Source: Candidatus Fokinia solitaria (GTDB lineage Bacteria > Pseudomonadota > Alphaproteobacteria > Rickettsiales > Midichloriaceae). Taken from it: a DNA stretch of 32,000 nucleotides. Positions 27,559 to 32,000 of the stretch are shown piece by piece (position 1 is the first letter of the stretch; each line of letters begins with the position of its first letter). The translations under genes and the position numbers were made by a program. Under the pieces are notes generated by a model. It did no database searches. It saw nothing but the letters and a program-made list of their open reading frames with translations, and was not told the origin of the DNA. Location: NCBI RefSeq assembly GCF_003072485.1, contig NZ_CP025989.1:30001-62000 (forward strand). The letters are read 5' to 3'.

Positions 27559-28056
27559 TTACCTTTTCAATTTCTCACTTTCTTGTAGGATGATCGCTTC
27601 GTGATCTTTATCACTCATCCTTAACATTTTTTCACGTAGTCCATCTTCTAAACTCTTTAATATATCGTTCGTAATGGATGCAATATGATGTTTCTCGGTA
27701 TTTTTTTTCGCTCTTTTTACAGCTTTATCGTGTTCGCTTTTCATATACTTTACTTTCCTGTTTGCTTCCTCGATTGCTTTATCATAATTAGTATATGCTT
27801 CGCTGATCTCCTTTTCCGTATATGTCGTCATCGTTTCATGATAGTGAATCATGTCATCCTTCCTTTTATACTGCTGCTTAAGCTCTCCTAAGGACGCCTT
27901 TATTTCTCTGAATATCTCTATCAACTTTCTCCGTAATGCAATGTATAGCGGCTTACGAGAGAATTTGATTATTATTAGTACGCATACAACGAATCCAGCA
28001 TTTGCAATGAAGCTGTGTGAATTGATATAGTGCGAAATTTTAAGAAAAGCATTCAT
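27559..28056 (-). CDS. Possible F0F1 ATP synthase subunit b-like protein
   Basis: Single N-terminal TM (NAGFVVCVLIIIKFSRKPLYIALRRKL) followed by a long charged coiled-coil: b-subunit architecture, low sequence specificity. Confidence 0.5.
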   Translation of the reverse strand: MNAFLKISHYINSHSFIANAGFVVCVLIIIKFSRKPLYIALRRKLIEIFREIKASLGELKQQYKRKDDMIHYHETMTTYTEKEISEAYTNYDKAIEEANRKVKYMKSEHDKAVKRAKKNTEKHHIASITNDILKSLEDGLREKMLRMSDKDHEAIILQESEKLKR

Positions 28057-28208
28057 CAGATCTTCGTACTGTCATCTGTACGATTATATTGCAAAGTAAT
28101 GTATAAAATACAAGAAATTTTCATGATTTTATATATTTGATAGCATACCGCAGTATCGAGCGATAGAAAAAGTAAGAACAATATGATACTTATACAACAT
28201 TAATCGCT

Positions 28209-28499
28209 TTGATAATCAGCATGGATATAAAAAACCTCTGTAAGCTTTGTGCAATTCATATGGAACCGCAAGAAATTGCATCAGTTGCGGAGAAATTAAA
28301 AACAGTAATAGATGCACTTGATAAGATTGCTGAAGTAGATACTACCGGAGTGGAGCCAATGTATAATGTATGCACTGAATTAAAAAAAGAGTCGCACTAT
28401 GCGCTGCATGACAAGAACGACGTGGTCGATGTTTCTCTATATTCTGGCAACAAGCATAAAGGATATTTTGCTGTTCTAAGTAAAATTATGCCTTCTTAA
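28209..28499 (+). CDS. gatC: Aspartyl/glutamyl-tRNA amidotransferase subunit C (start may be the Met at 28221)
   Basis: LCKLCAIHMEPQEIASVAEKLKTVIDALDKIAEVDTTGVEPMYNV. Confidence 0.88.
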   Translation: MIISMDIKNLCKLCAIHMEPQEIASVAEKLKTVIDALDKIAEVDTTGVEPMYNVCTELKKESHYALHDKNDVVDVSLYSGNKHKGYFAVLSKIMPS

Positions 28500-29860
28500 T
28501 GAGTATCACAATGCCGCCATGGCCTAAGTTACTGAATAATAACGTACAGCCAGGCCTTGAGAGAATTAAGGAGATTATAACGGCATTACGTGTAGATATG
28601 AGTGCATTGCCGCCTGTAGTGCATATTACCGGTACAAATGGTAAAGGATCAACTGTAGCATATCTTGGAGAATGTTTTAAAAATGCAAAATACAGTACTC
28701 ATAGGTATATATCGCCTCATTTGATAAAATTTAATGAACGTATAGTAATACAAGATCGAGAGATATCCGATGAACAACTAGAAATTTTATGCAACTACGG
28801 AAGTCATATTATAGGAAATGAAGGCAAGTTTTCGTTCTTTGAAGCTACAACAGGATTAGCTTTATATGAGTTTTCTCAAAAAAAAGCTGATGTACTGTTA
28901 TTAGAAGTTGGAATGGGCGGAAGCTTTGATGCTACTAATGTAGTAGAGGAGAAAATCTTGAATATCATTACTCCTATTTCTATGGATCACGTTGAATTTT
29001 TAGGAGATTCTCTTTCTTCAATTGCCATGGAAAAATGCGGTATTATTAGACTAGATTCTATAGCAGTTGTCAGTTGGCAGCCGACGGAAGCAGCAAATGC
29101 CATTATATCATATTGCGAATCGAAGAATGTTTCTTTGGTACTTTTTGGTAGAGATTGGAATTTTGAAGTTTTTGATGAAGAAATTGAGCTACACTTCCGA
29201 TTGCCAAGACGACTACGTAATAAAGTGCTTGTCGATTCTCTCGCGCTTATCGGTATAGAAAGTCTTGAAGGAGGCACTGTATTTAGAATACCAAAACCGA
29301 CACTTGCTGGTATACATCAAATTTTGAATGCGGCGACGGCTGCAATTGCGATGCTTATGCTTGGATTGCTTTACTATAAAAAGATCTCTCTTCTTCATAT
29401 ATCTGAAGCGGTGAAGCATGCATTTTGGCCAGGAAGAATGCAGACAATCACTTCTCACGATCTTGGATATAACTTACCGAGTAACGTAACGTTGATTTTT
29501 GACGGAGCGCATAATGTTGCCGGTGCAGAAATGTTGATGGCGAGTATATTACAACTCAAGAGTAACGCAACACCATTATACGTAGTACATGGTCGTACAA
29601 AGGGTAGAGATATTGAAGGCTTTTTACGTTTTTTTCAGACGGAAACAGTATTACTATGTGTCACAGCGATTCGTAGCGAACCTAAATCTGAAAGCAGTTT
29701 AGTACTTTACGATAAAGCAACGAAAATGGGATTTAACTGTAAAATAGTTGAAGATGTACATGCTGGTATCGAAGAGTGCATATCTCACGCAAAGGATAAG
29801 AAAGCGCTTATACTCGTTTGTGGATCATTGTATTTATTCTCAGATCTCAAAACGAAGTAA
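28499..29860 (+). CDS. folC: Folylpolyglutamate synthase/dihydrofolate synthase
   Basis: VVHITGTNGKGSTVAYLGECFKNA...YISPHLIKFNERI...LLLEVGMGGSFDATNVV...LIFDGAHNVAGAEML; overlaps the gatC stop by 1 nt. Confidence 0.96.
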   Translation: MSITMPPWPKLLNNNVQPGLERIKEIITALRVDMSALPPVVHITGTNGKGSTVAYLGECFKNAKYSTHRYISPHLIKFNERIVIQDREISDEQLEILCNYGSHIIGNEGKFSFFEATTGLALYEFSQKKADVLLLEVGMGGSFDATNVVEEKILNIITPISMDHVEFLGDSLSSIAMEKCGIIRLDSIAVVSWQPTEAANAIISYCESKNVSLVLFGRDWNFEVFDEEIELHFRLPRRLRNKVLVDSLALIGIESLEGGTVFRIPKPTLAGIHQILNAATAAIAMLMLGLLYYKKISLLHISEAVKHAFWPGRMQTITSHDLGYNLPSNVTLIFDGAHNVAGAEMLMASILQLKSNATPLYVVHGRTKGRDIEGFLRFFQTETVLLCVTAIRSEPKSESSLVLYDKATKMGFNCKIVEDVHAGIEECISHAKDKKALILVCGSLYLFSDLKTK

Positions 29861-29898
29861 GGCGTTTTGTACGAAGGGCGAAAACTGAATATGCAGCC

Positions 29899-31032
29899 TC
29901 AAAATGTGCCCGCTATATTGCACATTACCAAGTTTTGAGTATCTTTTCCTTTATACTGCGTCTTTGATATTCCAAAGAGTATTGCGATGTGCTTGTTGTA
30001 GTGCACTTCAAAAAGTCCGATTTGATTTGATACATGTTCTTCACCGAAGAAGGTATCACTCATAAAGCCTATTCTAAATCTGCTAATTCCATATGAAGCA
30101 CCTAGATACATACTGCTTTCATCTCCCTTTAGTGATTCTGCAATATTATCGAATAAAGCGCCAGCAAGGGATAATTGTGCGCCCATGTATCCTATTTTCA
30201 TACCATATATCATACTGCTACAACGATTGTTACTTCTCTCTAAATATGCGTTTTCTCCACCACACCAAGTGGCAAAATCTACGTTTTTAAATTTACCGCA
30301 ATAAGAGACGATGGCACGTATGTTATCTCTGTACTGTTGTGGCGTTATACTTGCTGTATGCGGAAGGATTGATGTTTTTCCTAGATATTCGCTTGTATTC
30401 GGTACATAAGTAACGCCAACGGTAAAATCGTTATAGCATCCTACGAGACTGACTTTATTAGCAAATAACTGATTATTCTCGTATAGTGGTTGTTCACCAA
30501 GAAATGAAGAATATGGCTTTATGTTAGCGATGTTTTTAGTATCCGCGTCATCAGTGCTTAAACTCTGTTGTAGTAATGCAATAGGGATATATCTCATAGT
30601 ATGAGTACGAAATCCTATCAATTGATACTCTAGTGGATTGATGCTTTTATCCGTTTTCATGCTTAATACTAACTTTTGGTATGTGCCAGGAGTAATGTCG
30701 TGCTTTAAAATACCGTATACATTCTGCAGTATAGGCATACCATTCATTACTTCACTCCATGAGGTATATATTGCCCCTTCTACGCCTATGATGTACTTTA
30801 AGTAATCTGAAATTCTCTTTTTATATTTTAGCTCTCCTGTTAGAATAAGGTTATTACCGTATGTAACATCGTTACCACTTTGTTCGCTTAATGTATTCCA
30901 CATCTCAAATCCCATTTTCGAAGAAAACACGCCTTTTGTAGTATTTTCCTCGTTGTTGCTATACGCATTGGAGTATGATGTAGATGTACAAAATAGATAA
31001 AATGCATATAATGCACCAATATATTTGTACAT
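29899..31032 (-). CDS. Putative porin-like outer membrane protein
   Basis: Leader-like N-terminus, amphipathic repeats (MIYGMKIGYMGAQLSLAGALFDNI, SSMYLGASYGISRFRIGFMSD, IGLFEVHYNKHIAILFGISKTQY), C-terminal Phe. Confidence 0.6.
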   Translation of the reverse strand: MYKYIGALYAFYLFCTSTSYSNAYSNNEENTTKGVFSSKMGFEMWNTLSEQSGNDVTYGNNLILTGELKYKKRISDYLKYIIGVEGAIYTSWSEVMNGMPILQNVYGILKHDITPGTYQKLVLSMKTDKSINPLEYQLIGFRTHTMRYIPIALLQQSLSTDDADTKNIANIKPYSSFLGEQPLYENNQLFANKVSLVGCYNDFTVGVTYVPNTSEYLGKTSILPHTASITPQQYRDNIRAIVSYCGKFKNVDFATWCGGENAYLERSNNRCSSMIYGMKIGYMGAQLSLAGALFDNIAESLKGDESSMYLGASYGISRFRIGFMSDTFFGEEHVSNQIGLFEVHYNKHIAILFGISKTQYKGKDTQNLVMCNIAGTF

Positions 31033-31110
31033 TCAGAGCGCAGATGTTTATTTATAAAAAGTAATTAACTATAATTTTTCAGGGTAGCAATAGAATATTT
31101 TTAATATAGC

Positions 31111-32000
31111 GTGATTAATAGAAACCAAAACACCGATACTCCTATCAAAAATGCATTAAGTGCAATACGCACGATGGTGTGGTATGCGATTCTTACAAGT
31201 AGTGCTTCTGCTGCTTTAAGTGTGTGGATCTCGTTTTTTAGTTTAAATGTGTTAGATAAAGCTATACCTAGTGGCAATCTCGATACTTTAGGCGCTTTTA
31301 CATTTCTAGTAATAGTCGCTTATCTTGTAAACAGTGCAATTACCGGTGGTAGAGCTTTCGTAATGAGTAAGATCTCTTCATGGTTTGAGTATAAGATTGC
31401 AGATGCAGTACTTCATAATGCGATAAAGACTTCACTCGTTGCAAAGAGTAATGCTGGTAGCCAAAGTATCAGAGATTTACAAACTCTTTGTAACTACATT
31501 GCATCAAATGCACCAGTGATGCTTATAGATGCACCTTGGTCGCTTGTATTTACTATAATACTTTTCCTCATACACCCTATGATGGGCACTTTGGCACTCA
31601 TAGGATCTATCGCGATAATTATAGTAGGTGTCGTGAATGAGAGATATACGAAGAAACTTGTGGAAAAGCATAATGAAAATTTTATCGCAAGTATGAAATA
31701 TGTAGATAATCTCACTAGAGGCGCAGAGGTGCTTGAATCTATGGGAATGTCAAGAAGAGGTGTAGAAATATGGCATAAGATTAATCTGAAAGTGAACGAA
31801 TCGAGGATAGATAATAGCAAAAGACAAGCTTTTGCCACAGAATTCAGCAAACTTGTACGTGGTATATTACAGGTGTTTACGACTTTAACAGGTGCTTATC
31901 TTGTAATTAAAGGCGAAATAACATCAGGTGCTATGATTACTGGCTCAACGTTGGTTAGTAAAGCGTTAGAACCATGGGGAAATGCATTAAATGCGGTGAA
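31111..32000 (+). CDS. Type I secretion system permease/ATPase, partial (N-terminal TM domain)
   Basis: Open forward frame from GTG 31111: ...VWISFFSLNVLDKAIPSGNLDTLGAL...LIDAPWSLVFTIILFLIHPMMGTLALIG...FIASMKYVDNLTRGAEVLESMGM; PrtD/AprD-like. Runs off the window and is absent from the ORF track. Confidence 0.85.
   Translation, partial: MINRNQNTDTPIKNALSAIRTMVWYAILTSSASAALSVWISFFSLNVLDKAIPSGNLDTLGAFTFLVIVAYLVNSAITGGRAFVMSKISSWFEYKIADAVLHNAIKTSLVAKSNAGSQSIRDLQTLCNYIASNAPVMLIDAPWSLVFTIILFLIHPMMGTLALIGSIAIIIVGVVNERYTKKLVEKHNENFIASMKYVDNLTRGAEVLESMGMSRRGVEIWHKINLKVNESRIDNSKRQAFATEFSKLVRGILQVFTTLTGAYLVIKGEITSGAMITGSTLVSKALEPWGNALNAV

Noticed and set aside
23700-28100. ComEC-like gene as evidence for a natural competence locus
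   Set aside because: No other competence genes in the window; neighbours are tilS and lolD. Function cannot be inferred from this gene alone.

Overview
This 32 kb AT-rich window is mostly single-copy housekeeping genes of a reduced, Rickettsiales-like alphaproteobacterial genome. The assignment comes from protein content and is an inference. Genes recognised: gatA (partial), atpE, a Smr-domain gene, rpoH, two ABC half-transporters, an RDD protein, an MFS permease, tRNA-Leu(UAG), a surface/outer-membrane-like protein, nuoH, argS, rplT/rpmI, ychF, a CCA-adding enzyme, nrdB, rpsF/rpsR/rplI, tilS, a ComEC-like protein, lolD, an atpF-like gene, gatC, folC and a partial type I secretion permease/ATPase. 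I see no CRISPR array, transposase, prophage or complete defence system. The most unusual region is 13.7-17.7 kb. It holds two paralogous outer-membrane-like genes with conserved frames and divergent inserts. It also holds two orphan copies of the paralogs' 3' end plus downstream sequence (a near-identical 134/136 bp direct repeat and a diverged third copy), next to a severely truncated mutS remnant. This looks like a recombination-scarred surface-protein locus. Any link between MutS loss and surface-protein diversification is a hypothesis only.
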